A stretch of 64,000 nucleotides of DNA from Acidisarcina sp. (GTDB taxonomy: Bacteria; Acidobacteriota; Terriglobia; Terriglobales; Acidobacteriaceae), in assembly GCA_036401375.1 (NCBI GenBank), contig DASWVB010000013.1, positions 145,651-209,650 of the forward strand, written 5' to 3'. Under the pieces are notes generated by a model. It was not told the DNA's origin. It worked only from the letters and a program-made list of their open reading frames with translations, and ran no database searches. This document shows, piece after piece, positions 46,220 to 56,470 of this stretch (the stretch's first letter is position 1; each line of letters starts with the position of its first letter). The translations under genes and the position numbers were made by a program.

Positions 46220-46984
46220 ATCAAGATTGCAAGCTGGAACGTAAATTCAATCCGCGCCCGACTTCTACACGTCACCGACTGGCTTGAGCAAAACCTGCCT
46301 GACGTGCTGCTGCTGCAGGAGCTGAAGGGTACAGAGTTCCCTGCGGAGACGTTCAAGTCGATGGGCTTCGAGAGCGTGGCGGTTACCCAGAAGGCCTACA
46401 ACGGCGTCGCCGTCCTCTCCCGCTCTGCCATCGAGACGATCAGCACTACCCTGACCGGCGACGAGGCAGATAGCCACGCACGCTACCTTGAGGTGACCAC
46501 CCAGGATATACGCATCGCGAATATCTATCTGCCCAACGGCAACCCGGTCGGTACCGACAAGTTCGCCTATAAGCTGGCATGGATGGACCGCCTTATATAC
46601 CAGCTGAATAAGTGGCGCAATGAAGACCTGCCGGTCCTTATCGGCGGCGACTTCAACGTCATCCCCGAAGACATCGACTGCCACAAGCCTGCCTCCTGGG
46701 CCCGGGACGCGCTCTTCCAGCCGGAGCCGCGGGCTCGCTACCGGGCCCTGCTTGAACTCGGATATACCGATGCCTTCCGCTCTCTGCACCCTGGAGAAGG
46801 CGGCCTGTTCACCTTCTGGGACTACTTCCGGGATGCCTTCGAACATAACCGCGGCATCCGCATCGACCACGTCCTGCTCTCGCCCGCACTAAAGCACAGG
46901 CTGGTGAGCTGCGAGATCGATCGGGCTCCGCGCGCCAGGGCAAAGCCGTCAGACCACACGCCGATCATCGTCGAGCTCGCATGA
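46220..46984 (+). CDS. xthA: Exodeoxyribonuclease III
   Basis: 'KIASWNVNSIRARL...PDVLLLQELK' aligns from residue 2 of E. coli XthA. C-terminal 'RIDHVLLSP', 'SDHTPIIVEL'. No ATG/GTG/TTG/CTG lies between the in-frame TGA (46172-46174) and the conserved N-terminus, so the start is provisionally placed at ATC 46220 (GGGAG lies 8 nt upstream). Confidence 0.8.
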   Translation: MKIASWNVNSIRARLLHVTDWLEQNLPDVLLLQELKGTEFPAETFKSMGFESVAVTQKAYNGVAVLSRSAIETISTTLTGDEADSHARYLEVTTQDIRIANIYLPNGNPVGTDKFAYKLAWMDRLIYQLNKWRNEDLPVLIGGDFNVIPEDIDCHKPASWARDALFQPEPRARYRALLELGYTDAFRSLHPGEGGLFTFWDYFRDAFEHNRGIRIDHVLLSPALKHRLVSCEIDRAPRARAKPSDHTPIIVELA

Positions 46985-47108
46985 GTTACTGCTGCGGCCG
47001 CGATACAATTGAACTGGTTCTAAACGGGTTAGGTCTCGATTGAGAAACAGGTAGTCAAAACACCGGTCGCGCGATACGGCAGGGCGCGCCTCTGCAAGCA
47101 ACTTCCAT

Positions 47109-47951
47109 TTGCGAGTCGCCCACACAATCCGCGCTCAGCCGCTGGCGTTCCTGGGAGCAGCCCTGCTCCTGCTCTTCCTGGGCTGGGCACTCTTTGCGCC
47201 GATCATCGCGCCGCACGATCCTGACGCCATCGACCTGAACAGCCGCCTGCTTCCACCCGCTCACGGTCACTGGTTCGGCACCGACGAGCTCGGCCGCGAC
47301 ATTTTCTCGCGCATCCTCTTTGGAGCGCGCCTTTCACTACTCGTCGCTGTCTCGGTCGTGGCCTGCTCACTCGCGATCGGACTGGTTATCGGCGGGCTCG
47401 CGGGCTTTTACGGCGGCGCCCTCGATACCGTGCTCAACATCTTCGTGATGAACGCCTTTCTCACCCTGCCCGGAATCCTGCTCGCTATCGCCTTCGTAGC
47501 GTTCCTCGGTCCGGGGGTCTTCAACCTCATTCTCGCGCTCGCCATTGGAGGTTGGGTCGGCTACGCGCGCCTGATCCGCGCACAGGTGCTGGCGGTGCGT
47601 GAGTTGGAATTTGTCGAGGCGGCGCGTGCGCTCGGCGCGAGCGATCTACGCATCTTCACGCGGCACATCCTGCCTAACATCCTGCAGCCCATTATTGTGC
47701 AGTCCGCCATCGGCATGGCTGGAGCAGTTCTGGCGGAGGCGACCCTCAGCTTCCTTGGCCTCGGTGTGCCACCGCCCACTGCCAGCTGGGGATCGATGCT
47801 CAACGACGCACGCTCCCACCTCTTCGACTCACCGCACATGGTCGTCTTTCCCGCGCTTGCCGTTATGCTGTGCGTGCTCTCGTTCAACTTCCTGGGCGAC
47901 GCGCTGCGCGACTATCTGGATCCGAGAACACGCCTCGCCATCGGCATATAA
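47109..47951 (+). CDS. ABC transporter permease, DppC/OppC/NikC-type
   Basis: 'HWFGTDELGRDIFSRILFGAR'. EAA loop 'FVEAARALGASDLRIFTRHILPN'. Confidence 0.85.
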   Translation: MRVAHTIRAQPLAFLGAALLLLFLGWALFAPIIAPHDPDAIDLNSRLLPPAHGHWFGTDELGRDIFSRILFGARLSLLVAVSVVACSLAIGLVIGGLAGFYGGALDTVLNIFVMNAFLTLPGILLAIAFVAFLGPGVFNLILALAIGGWVGYARLIRAQVLAVRELEFVEAARALGASDLRIFTRHILPNILQPIIVQSAIGMAGAVLAEATLSFLGLGVPPPTASWGSMLNDARSHLFDSPHMVVFPALAVMLCVLSFNFLGDALRDYLDPRTRLAIGI

Positions 47952-48004
47952 CAGTATCCACGCGACGAATCCGTCTACTGAGGCTCGACGGCCTCAGGCT
48001 TGAC

Positions 48005-48778
48005 TCAACCACCATCGTTGCGCAGCTTCCACAGTATTTGCCGCAGCATGCCCAGCATCCGCTCCGCATCCTGCCGCTCAACGGCGAGCCTCCGCACCAG
48101 GCGTCGAACATTTTCCTCTGTGATCAGGGCCTGATCCGGCAGAGTGTAGCCGCTCGCCGCCAGGCACTCGAGCAGGACTCCTGTGAGCCGCTCAAGCTCA
48201 GCCGAACTGGCAAGCTCCGCGGCCTGCGACTGGCCGGCTGCAGCGGTCTCCGCACTAAAAACAGGGGCAGGACTGACCCGAGCCAGCTCATAGAGGCAAA
48301 CTGCGACTGCCTGCCCCAGGTTCATCGACGGCTGGCGCGCCCTGGTGGGAATATGCAGCAGCCAATGGCAGTGACTCAAGTCCTCGTTCGCCAGCCCGCG
48401 CTTCTCGGAGCCAAACAGGAGTGCCGTTCGCGTCGCGGACCTTAGCGCGGAGCCGATCAGCAGGGCGGCCTCCCGCAGCGGGCGCAGCAGGTGCTGGGGG
48501 TCACGCCGGCTACCGGCTGCGGTAGTTCCCACCACCAGCGAACAGTCCGCGACTGCCTCAGCAAGGGTGGTGAACACCTCCGCCGTGGCAAGCACGTCTT
48601 CGGCGCCGACTGCCGAGCGAGCATCGCGAAACGCCACGTCGTAGGGCTGCACGAGCCGCAGAGTAGATGCACCGAAGTTGCTCATCGCCCGCGCCGCTGC
48701 CCCGATATTCAGCGGATTGCGAGGCGCTACCAGCACCACGCACAGCGAGTCGAGTTCAGAGGTCGAATGCATCGCCAC
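48005..48778 (-). CDS. SpoU/TrmH-family RNA 2'-O-methyltransferase (TrmJ-like)
   Basis: 'VVLVAPRNPLNIGAAARAMSNFG', 'LLFGSEKRGL', 'IPT...PSMNLGQAVAV'. Confidence 0.85.
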   Translation of the reverse strand: MAMHSTSELDSLCVVLVAPRNPLNIGAAARAMSNFGASTLRLVQPYDVAFRDARSAVGAEDVLATAEVFTTLAEAVADCSLVVGTTAAGSRRDPQHLLRPLREAALLIGSALRSATRTALLFGSEKRGLANEDLSHCHWLLHIPTRARQPSMNLGQAVAVCLYELARVSPAPVFSAETAAAGQSQAAELASSAELERLTGVLLECLAASGYTLPDQALITEENVRRLVRRLAVERQDAERMLGMLRQILWKLRNDGG

Positions 48779-48944
48779 GTCTTCGATTCTCGACCCACAA
48801 CCAGGCGCCGGTTAGGCAGAGCACTAGCAATTTGGAGCAAGGGGTCAGCCCGGCCAGTCAGCAACAACGATCCGCGAACCAGCTACTTGAACTGACAAAT
48901 AGAATGTACCTGCAAGGATACTGATGCGAGGCGAAAGACGAGCA

Positions 48945-49400
48945 ATGCGAATCGGCGTTATCTCCGACACTCATAACCGCCTCCGTCCGCAGGCGCTTAA
49001 GGCGATGGCGGGCGTTGACTTCATCCTGCATGCAGGCGACATTGGAGAGCCCGAGATCTTAGAGCAACTCCGCAGCCTTGCTCCGGTGGCGGCCATACGG
49101 GGCAACACCGACGTGACCGGACCCTGCTCAGCCTTACCTGCCACCGAAGTTGTCGAACTCGCCGGGCAATCGGTTTACATGCTCCACAGCCTTGCCGAAA
49201 TCGATCTCGATCCCGAGGCGGCGGGCTTTGCCGCGGTCATCTCAGGCCACACTCACCGGCCGCTGATCGAGCAAAGAGGCAAGGTCCTCTACCTCAACCC
49301 GGGCAGCGCAGGCCCACGGCGATTCTCGCTTCCCGTCTCGCTTGGCTTCCTCACGATCGACGGCTCAAACCTCCGGGGCGAAACGATGACACTGCTGTAG
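48945..49400 (+). CDS. YfcE/MJ0936-family metallophosphodiesterase
   Basis: 'MRIGVISDTHN', 'ILHAGDIG', 'VISGHTHRP'. Start re-picked at Met8. Confidence 0.85.
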   Translation: MRIGVISDTHNRLRPQALKAMAGVDFILHAGDIGEPEILEQLRSLAPVAAIRGNTDVTGPCSALPATEVVELAGQSVYMLHSLAEIDLDPEAAGFAAVISGHTHRPLIEQRGKVLYLNPGSAGPRRFSLPVSLGFLTIDGSNLRGETMTLL

Positions 49401-49472
49401 AGAGGTGACTGCACGCGTCGACGAGTCAGCCGCCTCGCCCGGTGTGGCAACTCACCGTGAAGGCTCGCTACG

Positions 49473-50396
49473 TCACCCGCGAATACGCGGATTCGCCACC
49501 ATATATAGCACGTCGGTAAGCAGGTTCACGAGTACGTAAGTGAGGCCGACCGCGAGGATGCAGCCCTGCACGAGCGCGTAGTCCCGGTTCGAGATAGCCG
49601 ACACGGTAAGCCTCCCCACACCGGGCCAGCTGAAGATCGTCTCCGTCACAATCGCGCCCGCGAGCAGCGCGCCAAACTGCAGACCTACCAGCGTCATCAC
49701 CGGGATCAGCGCATTGCGCAGCGCATGCTTATAGACCACGGTGCGCTCACTGAGGCCCTTGGCGCGGGCCGTCCGAATGTAGTCCTGACCAAGCTCCTCG
49801 AGCATCGACGTGCGCACCATGCGCGTCAGGATCGCTGCCAGTGAGACTCCCATGGTGACCGCCGGCAGCACCAGGTGGTCCAGCCCGCCGGCGCCTGAGA
49901 CCGGCAGCCAGCCCAGCTTGATCGACAGCAGCAGCATGAGGATGGGCCCGAGCGCCAGCCCCGGAAACGAGAGCCCCAACAGGCTTACCACGCCCAGCAC
50001 GTTGTCCTGCCAAAGCCCTCGATGCACCGCCGCATGTACCCCCGCGGGAATCGAAATCAGCAGCCCCAGCAGCAGCGCCGCCATTGTCAGCTCGACGGTG
50101 TAGGGGTAGCGCGCCAGCACAATATGTGCGACTGAATCGTTCAGCCGCAGCGAGCGGCCAAGATCGCCATGCAGCACTCCACGCCAGTAGTGCAGGTATT
50201 GCTGCAGGGGCGGCACATCGAGACCGTAGGCGTGGCGCAGCGACTCGATATCGGCCGTCGAGGCGCCCTCACCAAGCATCTGCTGCACGGGGTCTCCAGG
50301 CACCAGGTGGATCAGCAGAAACACCAGCGAGACTACCAGCCAGATTACCGGAATGGTGTAAAGAACTCTGCTGAGCAGTGCGCGTAACACCGTCAC
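49473..50396 (-). CDS. ABC transporter permease, DppB/OppB-type
   Basis: 'LIHLVPGDPV', 'DYIRTARAKGLSERTVVYKHALRNALIP'. Confidence 0.85.
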   Translation of the reverse strand: MTVLRALLSRVLYTIPVIWLVVSLVFLLIHLVPGDPVQQMLGEGASTADIESLRHAYGLDVPPLQQYLHYWRGVLHGDLGRSLRLNDSVAHIVLARYPYTVELTMAALLLGLLISIPAGVHAAVHRGLWQDNVLGVVSLLGLSFPGLALGPILMLLLSIKLGWLPVSGAGGLDHLVLPAVTMGVSLAAILTRMVRTSMLEELGQDYIRTARAKGLSERTVVYKHALRNALIPVMTLVGLQFGALLAGAIVTETIFSWPGVGRLTVSAISNRDYALVQGCILAVGLTYVLVNLLTDVLYMVANPRIRG

Positions 50397-52039
50397 TGCG
50401 TCTTTGCCGCCTTAGCCGCAGCTTCACCAGCCTTCGCAGATACCGGTTCGGCGAATCCAGAGGTCGCGCTCGGCGATCCAACGGCGGCGGACTTGAGAGG
50501 CAGAGCACCGGCGTCTGAACGTGCTCCCCAATTCGCCCGCCCGGGCGCGGAGAGAAACGATTCGACGCGGCTTCCTGAGCTCGCCCGTCGCCCCTTTACC
50601 ACTCCAGCGCCGAGCTCAGCCCGGCCCGAGCCAGGCCAGCTGCGCCTCCCATCTCCGGCAAGCGAGGTCAAAGGCAACTGCTCAGCGCCTGCGGAGACGC
50701 CGTCCTCGATCTTCTCCACGCTGACCTTGCTGATCCGGTTCCCCGTCATCTCGACCACTGTGAGCCGGCGTCCCTCGAAATCGACGTGCTCCTGCGCCTT
50801 GGGAATAGCGCCCAGCCGGGTCAGGATGAAGCCGGCCAGGGTCTCGATCCCGCCGTCCCTGGGCAGCCGCCAGTTCATCTGCTTTTCCAGGTCGCGCAGG
50901 TTCACACTGCCATCCAGCAGCAGCGCACCAGACGCAGAGGTAAGCACCGTCTTCGCCGCCACATCGAACTCGTCCTCGACCTCACCGACGAGCTGCTCGA
51001 TGGCATCCTCGACGGTCACCAGCCCAACTGTCGAGCCGTACTCGTCCACCACGATCGCCATGTGACGACGCCGCTGCTGGAAGTCCTGCAGCAGATCGAG
51101 CACCGGCTTCGTCTCGGGGACCACCAGCGGCTTACGCATGACCTGGCTCAGCCGAAGCTCGCTGAAGGGCGCTCCATCGAAGCGCGTCCGGGCCGTCGTC
51201 CTGAAGTGCATCAGCCTCGCCACGTCCTTTGAATAGACGATACCGACAATGAACTCCGGCCCCTGCACCGGATCGTAGACCGGGATGCGCGAATGCATCT
51301 CCTCGACCACCCGAGCGCTCGCCTCCTCGATCAGCATGTCGGAGGGCAGCGAGAAGATCGCCTGGCGGGGCGTCATGATCTCGCGGGTTGGAATATGGTC
51401 GGACTCGACTGCCCGGTGAATGAGCGCTTCCTGCAGCTCCGGCAGCATCCCTGAGCGCCGCGCCGCGGTCGCAATCAACTTGAGCTCCTCGGGCGAGTGC
51501 GCCGACCCCTCGGCACTCAACGGTGCGCGAAACAGCTGCAGCACCAGCTTCGCCGACTCATTCATGAAGCGGACCGCCGGCCTGGTCACGCTGATGAAGA
51601 GGTCCATCGGACCTGCTACTGCAACGGCCAGCTGCTCCGCCTTGCGGAGGGCCAGCGACTTTGGCACCAGCTCGCCCAGCAGCACGTGCAGATACGTGAT
51701 GAAGGCGAAGGCAATCGGCACCGCGATGGTATGCGCATAGATCGTTGCGTGAGGCACTCCGGCCAGCCAGCCCTCAAAGAGGGCCGCGACGACGGGCTCC
51801 CCGATCCAGCCAAGGGCCAGGCTGCAGAGGGTAACGCCAAACTGCACCGCCGGCAGGAAGTCGTCGAGATGCTGCTGCAGCCGGAGCACCGCGCGCGCCC
51901 CCGGGCGGCCCTGCGCGATCAGCTGCTCGATGCGCGTCTTCCGCACACTCACCAGCGCAAACTCGGCCGCGACAAAGAAGCCGTTTGCGAGGATCAGCAT
52001 CGCGACCGAAACCATTTTGAAGAGCAGTAGCCCCAGCAT
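50393..52039 (-). CDS. CNNM/HlyC/CorC-family transporter (DUF21 + CBS pair + CorC_HlyC) with about 100-aa low-complexity C-terminal tail
   Basis: 'ANGFFVAAEFALVSVRKTRIEQL' (DUF21). 'TPRQAIFSL...' CBS region. 'VDEYGSTVGLVTVEDAIEQLVGEVEDEFD'. Confidence 0.85.
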   Translation of the reverse strand: MLGLLLFKMVSVAMLILANGFFVAAEFALVSVRKTRIEQLIAQGRPGARAVLRLQQHLDDFLPAVQFGVTLCSLALGWIGEPVVAALFEGWLAGVPHATIYAHTIAVPIAFAFITYLHVLLGELVPKSLALRKAEQLAVAVAGPMDLFISVTRPAVRFMNESAKLVLQLFRAPLSAEGSAHSPEELKLIATAARRSGMLPELQEALIHRAVESDHIPTREIMTPRQAIFSLPSDMLIEEASARVVEEMHSRIPVYDPVQGPEFIVGIVYSKDVARLMHFRTTARTRFDGAPFSELRLSQVMRKPLVVPETKPVLDLLQDFQQRRRHMAIVVDEYGSTVGLVTVEDAIEQLVGEVEDEFDVAAKTVLTSASGALLLDGSVNLRDLEKQMNWRLPRDGGIETLAGFILTRLGAIPKAQEHVDFEGRRLTVVEMTGNRISKVSVEKIEDGVSAGAEQLPLTSLAGDGRRSWPGSGRAELGAGVVKGRRASSGSRVESFLSAPGRANWGARSDAGALPLKSAAVGSPSATSGFAEPVSAKAGEAAAKAAKTQ

Positions 52040-52215
52040 TCAGCCCCGACCCCAACCCTCAAGTTTAGCTGATTTTAACTTTGGAACCGCTGCGCCGGGA
52101 CCTGCGTATCCTGTAACTGTGAACAAGGACGTAATCGCACTCCCCGCCTCCCCGGATTCCAGAACAGCCGCTTTGGCGGCTACGACAGCAGGCAACGACA
52201 AACAGGAGAGGCCCT

Positions 52216-53421
52216 TTGGCTACGCGTAAAGGAATCCGTTGGTGGGTGTGGGCGATCATCGCCCTTGTAGTCGTCCTGCTGGTCGGCTCGGTCGTCGCTG
52301 TCAAGGTGATGGCCAGCAGCAATCACGTCGACCCCAGCAGGATCGCGAAGGTCACACGGGGAGACATCGCCAAGAGTGTGATCGCCACCGGCAAGATCCA
52401 GCCGATCACCAAGGTCGAGCTCAAATCGAAGGCCAGCGGCATCGTAGAAAAGCTTTATGTGGACATCAATCAGAACGTCCGCAAGGGACAGGTACTCGCC
52501 CAGCTCGACCAGCAGGAGATACTCGCCCAGGTCGCCGCACAGAAGGCCCAGCTCAACGCCGCCGAGGCCAACGTCTCGACCTTCCAGGCGAACATCGCAG
52601 CCGACCGGGTAAACTCCGAGGCGCCCGACCTGCCGATGTACAAGTCGACGCTCGAGCGCAACCGTGCGATGCAGAAGGAGGGGGTCGTCTCGCTGCAGGC
52701 GCTCGACGATGCCAACCGCAACTACATGGCGGCAGTGAACAAGCGCGATACGTCTTACGCGGCCATCTCCGTTGACCAGGCCAAGCTGCGGCAGGCGGAG
52801 GCGCAGGTCGCCCAAAACCGCGCCAGCCTCAACCAGCTACAGGAGCAGCTCAGCTACACCACTTTGACCTCGCCCATGGATGGCGAAATCCTCTCTCGCG
52901 ACGTAGAGCTCGGCGACGCGGTCAGTTCCATCCTCGTCCTCGGATCGACGGCCACCCTCGTCATGACCATCGGCGACACTACCCAGGTCTACGTGCAGGG
53001 TAAGGTCGATGAGGCTGACATCGGCAGCGTTTACATGAATCAGCCCGCACGCATCAAGGTTGAGTCCTTCCGCGATAAGGTCTTCAACGGGCGGGTGACC
53101 AAGATCGCCCCCCTGGGGGTCGAAAAGGACAACGTGACCACCTTTGAGGTGAGGGTCTCGATCGACAACCCGACCGGCGAACTCAAGGCAAACATGACGG
53201 CCAACGCCGAAATCCTGATCGAGGAGCATAAGGACAAGCTCTCCGTGCCGGAACAGGCCATCGTCTACGACAACCAGAAGAACGCCTTCGCCATGGTCCC
53301 TGACCCCAAGCAGAAGGACGGCCAGCGCAAGGTTCCCGTCCAGGTCGGCATCTCGAACGGCAGCAAGACAGAGATTGTGAGCGGTCTCAGGGAAGGCGAC
53401 TCGGTCGTCTTGCAGCAATGA
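52216..53421 (+). CDS. Efflux transporter periplasmic adaptor subunit (HlyD/MacA-like MFP)
   Basis: TM anchor. 'ATGKIQPITKVELKSKASGIVEKLYVDINQNVRKGQVLAQLD'. Coiled-coil hairpin and beta-barrel regions. Confidence 0.85.
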   Translation: MATRKGIRWWVWAIIALVVVLLVGSVVAVKVMASSNHVDPSRIAKVTRGDIAKSVIATGKIQPITKVELKSKASGIVEKLYVDINQNVRKGQVLAQLDQQEILAQVAAQKAQLNAAEANVSTFQANIAADRVNSEAPDLPMYKSTLERNRAMQKEGVVSLQALDDANRNYMAAVNKRDTSYAAISVDQAKLRQAEAQVAQNRASLNQLQEQLSYTTLTSPMDGEILSRDVELGDAVSSILVLGSTATLVMTIGDTTQVYVQGKVDEADIGSVYMNQPARIKVESFRDKVFNGRVTKIAPLGVEKDNVTTFEVRVSIDNPTGELKANMTANAEILIEEHKDKLSVPEQAIVYDNQKNAFAMVPDPKQKDGQRKVPVQVGISNGSKTEIVSGLREGDSVVLQQ

Positions 53422-53472
53422 TCCATCACGGGCGCTCTAATTGCCCAATTTATACGGCCACTGGAGACGAAG

Positions 53473-54348
53473 ATGAAAGGACGAACGATGCACCTCCGCT
53501 CAAGATTCGCGATCACATCGGCCCTGCTGCTGCTTCCCTCTCTCGCGCTCGCTGCTGAGGGTACCTTCGACCGCACACTCAACGTCAGCGGCGCCACCTA
53601 CCTCTCGGTCGCTACCGGCTCAGGAAACATCCATCTGTCGCCCGGCTCAGACAGTCAGGTCCACATCAAGGGTCACGTCAAGTCAGGCTCCAGATCGAAC
53701 TGGCCCTTAGGCGGCGGTTCGCTGGAAGAGCAGGTCAGGGAGATCGTCGATCATCCGCCTATCGAGCAGCAGGGCAGCTCGATCAAGATCGGCAGGCACA
53801 CCGAGCGGCTCAACAACATTTCCATCGACTACGACATCACCCTGCCGGCCGGCGGCGAGGTCGAGGCGACCTCAGGCTCGGGTGACGTTCGGGTGGAGCG
53901 GATCAGCGGCGGAGTCAAAGTCGAGACCGGCTCCGGGGGTATTGAGGCGTCCGAGATCGGCGGCCTTGTCTCTCTGGAGACGGGTTCAGGGGACATCCGC
54001 GCGGGCCTGGCGAACGCCCGGGATGTCAAGGCCCACACCGGCAGCGGCAACCTGCGGCTCGGGAACGTGCAGGGCCCCCTACGAGCCGATACCGGTTCGG
54101 GCAACATCGACATAAGCGGCAAACCGTCTTCCAGCTGGAAGCTCGAAGCAGGCTCCGGCAGTGTTACGCTCAACACCGGCCAGTCGCACTTCACACTCGA
54201 TGCAGAGACCGGCTCTGGCGACGTACACAGCGACCCGCCGCTGTTGACGCACGGCTCGCAGGAGCATGGCCACATCAGCGGAGACGTCAATGGCGGCGGC
54301 CCGATGGTGCGCATCGAAACCGGCTCGGGGGATATTGCTATCCACTAA
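53473..54348 (+). CDS. DUF4097-family beta-helical repeat protein (putative adhesin), secreted
   Basis: Repeated 'GSG(D/N)(I/V)' units ('TSGSGDVRVE', 'ETGSGGIEAS', 'ETGSGDIRAG', ...). Confidence 0.8.
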   Translation: MKGRTMHLRSRFAITSALLLLPSLALAAEGTFDRTLNVSGATYLSVATGSGNIHLSPGSDSQVHIKGHVKSGSRSNWPLGGGSLEEQVREIVDHPPIEQQGSSIKIGRHTERLNNISIDYDITLPAGGEVEATSGSGDVRVERISGGVKVETGSGGIEASEIGGLVSLETGSGDIRAGLANARDVKAHTGSGNLRLGNVQGPLRADTGSGNIDISGKPSSSWKLEAGSGSVTLNTGQSHFTLDAETGSGDVHSDPPLLTHGSQEHGHISGDVNGGGPMVRIETGSGDIAIH

Positions 54349-54450
54349 CCCTCTGCAATTTTAAAGATGACCTGAGGCGCCGTGCTCAGATAAGGCTCGG
54401 GCGCCCCATTCATCGCGTCCCTGGATGACCGGAAATGCAAAAGAGCGGAA

Positions 54451-54480
54451 CCTACTCAACCTAGCTCACCCTAGCTCACC
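54451..54480. repeat. Three tandem 10-mers (CCTACTCAAC / CTAGCTCACC / CTAGCTCACC) directly downstream of the uvrB stop
   Basis: Read directly. The last two copies are identical. Confidence 0.7.
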
Positions 54481-54481
54481 G

Positions 54482-56470
54482 CTAAGAAAACAAAAATTCC
54501 TTGGTACGAAGCTCCCTTATCGTGTCCCGCAGCTTGGCCGCTTTTTCAAATTCAAATTTCTTGGCCGACTCCCGCATGTCCGACTCGAGCTTTGAGATGT
54601 AATCGTTCAGCGCCGCCTGGCTGTTGAACTCCGGCACGCCGTCCTTCTCATCGGTCATGTCCGCGTACTCAGCCTTCAGGATGTGCACCAGCGACATGTC
54701 GATATCCCGGATGATCGAGGTGGGCGTGATCCCGTTCTCCTCGTTGTAGGTGCGCTGCGTGGCCCGCCGGCGATCGGTCTCATCGATGGCCTGCCGCATC
54801 GAGTCCGTCATCTTATCGCCGTAGAGGATCGCACGCCCATTGATGTTGCGCGCGGCGCGCCCGATGGTCTGGATCAGCGATCCTGAGCTCCGCAGAAAGC
54901 CTTCTTTATCCGCATCGAGGATCGCCACCAGGGAAACCTCCGGCAGATCGAGCCCCTCGCGCAGCAGGTTAATGCCAATCAGCACGTCGTACTCCCCCTT
55001 GCGCAGATCGCGCAGTATCCTGATCCGCTCCAGGGTCTCGATCTCAGAGTGCATGTACCGGCAGCGCACTCCGACCTCGGTGTAGTAGCCAGCGAGGTCC
55101 TCCGCCATGCGCTTGGTCAGCGTCGTCACGAGTACCCGCTCGTTCTTCGCGGCGCGGTCTCGAATCTCGGCCAGGAGGTCGTCGATCTGCCCCCGCACCG
55201 GCCTGATCTCGATCTCAGGATCGACCAGCCCCGTCGGGCGAATGATCTGCTCAACCACTACGCCCGCCGACTTGGTCAGCTCATAGGGGCCGGGCGTGGC
55301 CGAGACGTAGATCGTCTGTCCCACCCGCGACTCAAATTCCTCGAATTTCAGGGGGCGATTATCCATGGCCGAGGGCAGGCGGAAGCCGTAGTCGACCAGG
55401 TTCTGCTTGCGCGAACGGTCCCCATGCCACATTCCGTGAATCTGCGGAACCGTCACATGCGATTCGTCCACGAACACGAGAAAGTCGCGGGGGAAGTAGT
55501 CCAGCAGAGTAGGTGGCGGCTCGCCCGGCAGACGTCCCGAAAAATGCCGCGAATAATTTTCGATACCGTGGCAGTAGCCCATCGACTTGATCATCTCGAG
55601 ATCAAAACGTGTTCGCTGGTGCACCCTCTGCGACTCCACCAGCCGCCCCTGCGACTCGAGGTCCTTCTCCCACCACTCCAACTCGGCCAGGATCGAATCC
55701 ATGGCCGTGCGCTTGCGCTCAGGCTGCACGACGTAGTGCGACTTGGGATAGATCGGCAGCCGGGCATACTTCTGCTTCACCGTGCCGAAGAGTGGATCGA
55801 TCTGCGACAGCGAGTCGATCTCGTCGCCGAACAATTCGATGCGGTAGGCATTCTCGTCATAGGTGGGATAGACCTCGATCACATCGCCGCGCACCCTGAA
55901 CGTTCCGCGCCGGAAGTCGGCCTCGTTGCGCTCATACAGTATCTCGACGAGGCGCCGCGTGATGTCCTCGCGCCGAATCCGCTGGCCCTTCTCGAGCAGC
56001 AGCAGCATGCCGTAGTAGGCCTCCGGCGACCCGAGGCCATAGATGCACGACACGGAAGAGACGATGATCGCGTCGCGCCGCTCAAACAAGGTACGGGTCG
56101 CCGACAGCCGCAGCTTGTCGAGCTCTTCGTTGATGGTCGCCTCTTTTTCAATGTAGAGGTCCCCGGACGGGATGTAAGCCTCGGGCTGATAGTAGTCGTA
56201 GTAGGAGACAAAATATTCGACCGCATTGCCCGGAAAGAACTGCTTGAACTCGTGGTAGAGCTGCGCCGCGAGGGTCTTGTTATGAGCGAGAATCAGCGCG
56301 GGCCGGTTTAGCTCCGCAATGATCTTGGCGACGGTGAAGGTCTTGCCCGATCCGGTCACGCCAAGCAGAGTCTGGTGCTGCTCTCCGGCGGCCAGTCCGG
56401 CAACAAGCTCGCCGATCGCGCGGCCCTGGTCTCCGCGCGGCTGATAGTCACTCACTAGCTGAAAATCCAT
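54482..56470 (-). CDS. uvrB: Excinuclease ABC subunit B
   Basis: '[12 protein letters not shown]', '[10 protein letters not shown]', 'DESH', '[10 protein letters not shown]', C-terminal UVR domain 'FEKAAKLRD'. ATG chosen at Met5 of the track ORF. Confidence 0.95.
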   Translation of the reverse strand: MDFQLVSDYQPRGDQGRAIGELVAGLAAGEQHQTLLGVTGSGKTFTVAKIIAELNRPALILAHNKTLAAQLYHEFKQFFPGNAVEYFVSYYDYYQPEAYIPSGDLYIEKEATINEELDKLRLSATRTLFERRDAIIVSSVSCIYGLGSPEAYYGMLLLLEKGQRIRREDITRRLVEILYERNEADFRRGTFRVRGDVIEVYPTYDENAYRIELFGDEIDSLSQIDPLFGTVKQKYARLPIYPKSHYVVQPERKRTAMDSILAELEWWEKDLESQGRLVESQRVHQRTRFDLEMIKSMGYCHGIENYSRHFSGRLPGEPPPTLLDYFPRDFLVFVDESHVTVPQIHGMWHGDRSRKQNLVDYGFRLPSAMDNRPLKFEEFESRVGQTIYVSATPGPYELTKSAGVVVEQIIRPTGLVDPEIEIRPVRGQIDDLLAEIRDRAAKNERVLVTTLTKRMAEDLAGYYTEVGVRCRYMHSEIETLERIRILRDLRKGEYDVLIGINLLREGLDLPEVSLVAILDADKEGFLRSSGSLIQTIGRAARNINGRAILYGDKMTDSMRQAIDETDRRRATQRTYNEENGITPTSIIRDIDMSLVHILKAEYADMTDEKDGVPEFNSQAALNDYISKLESDMRESAKKFEFEKAAKLRDTIRELRTKEFLFS

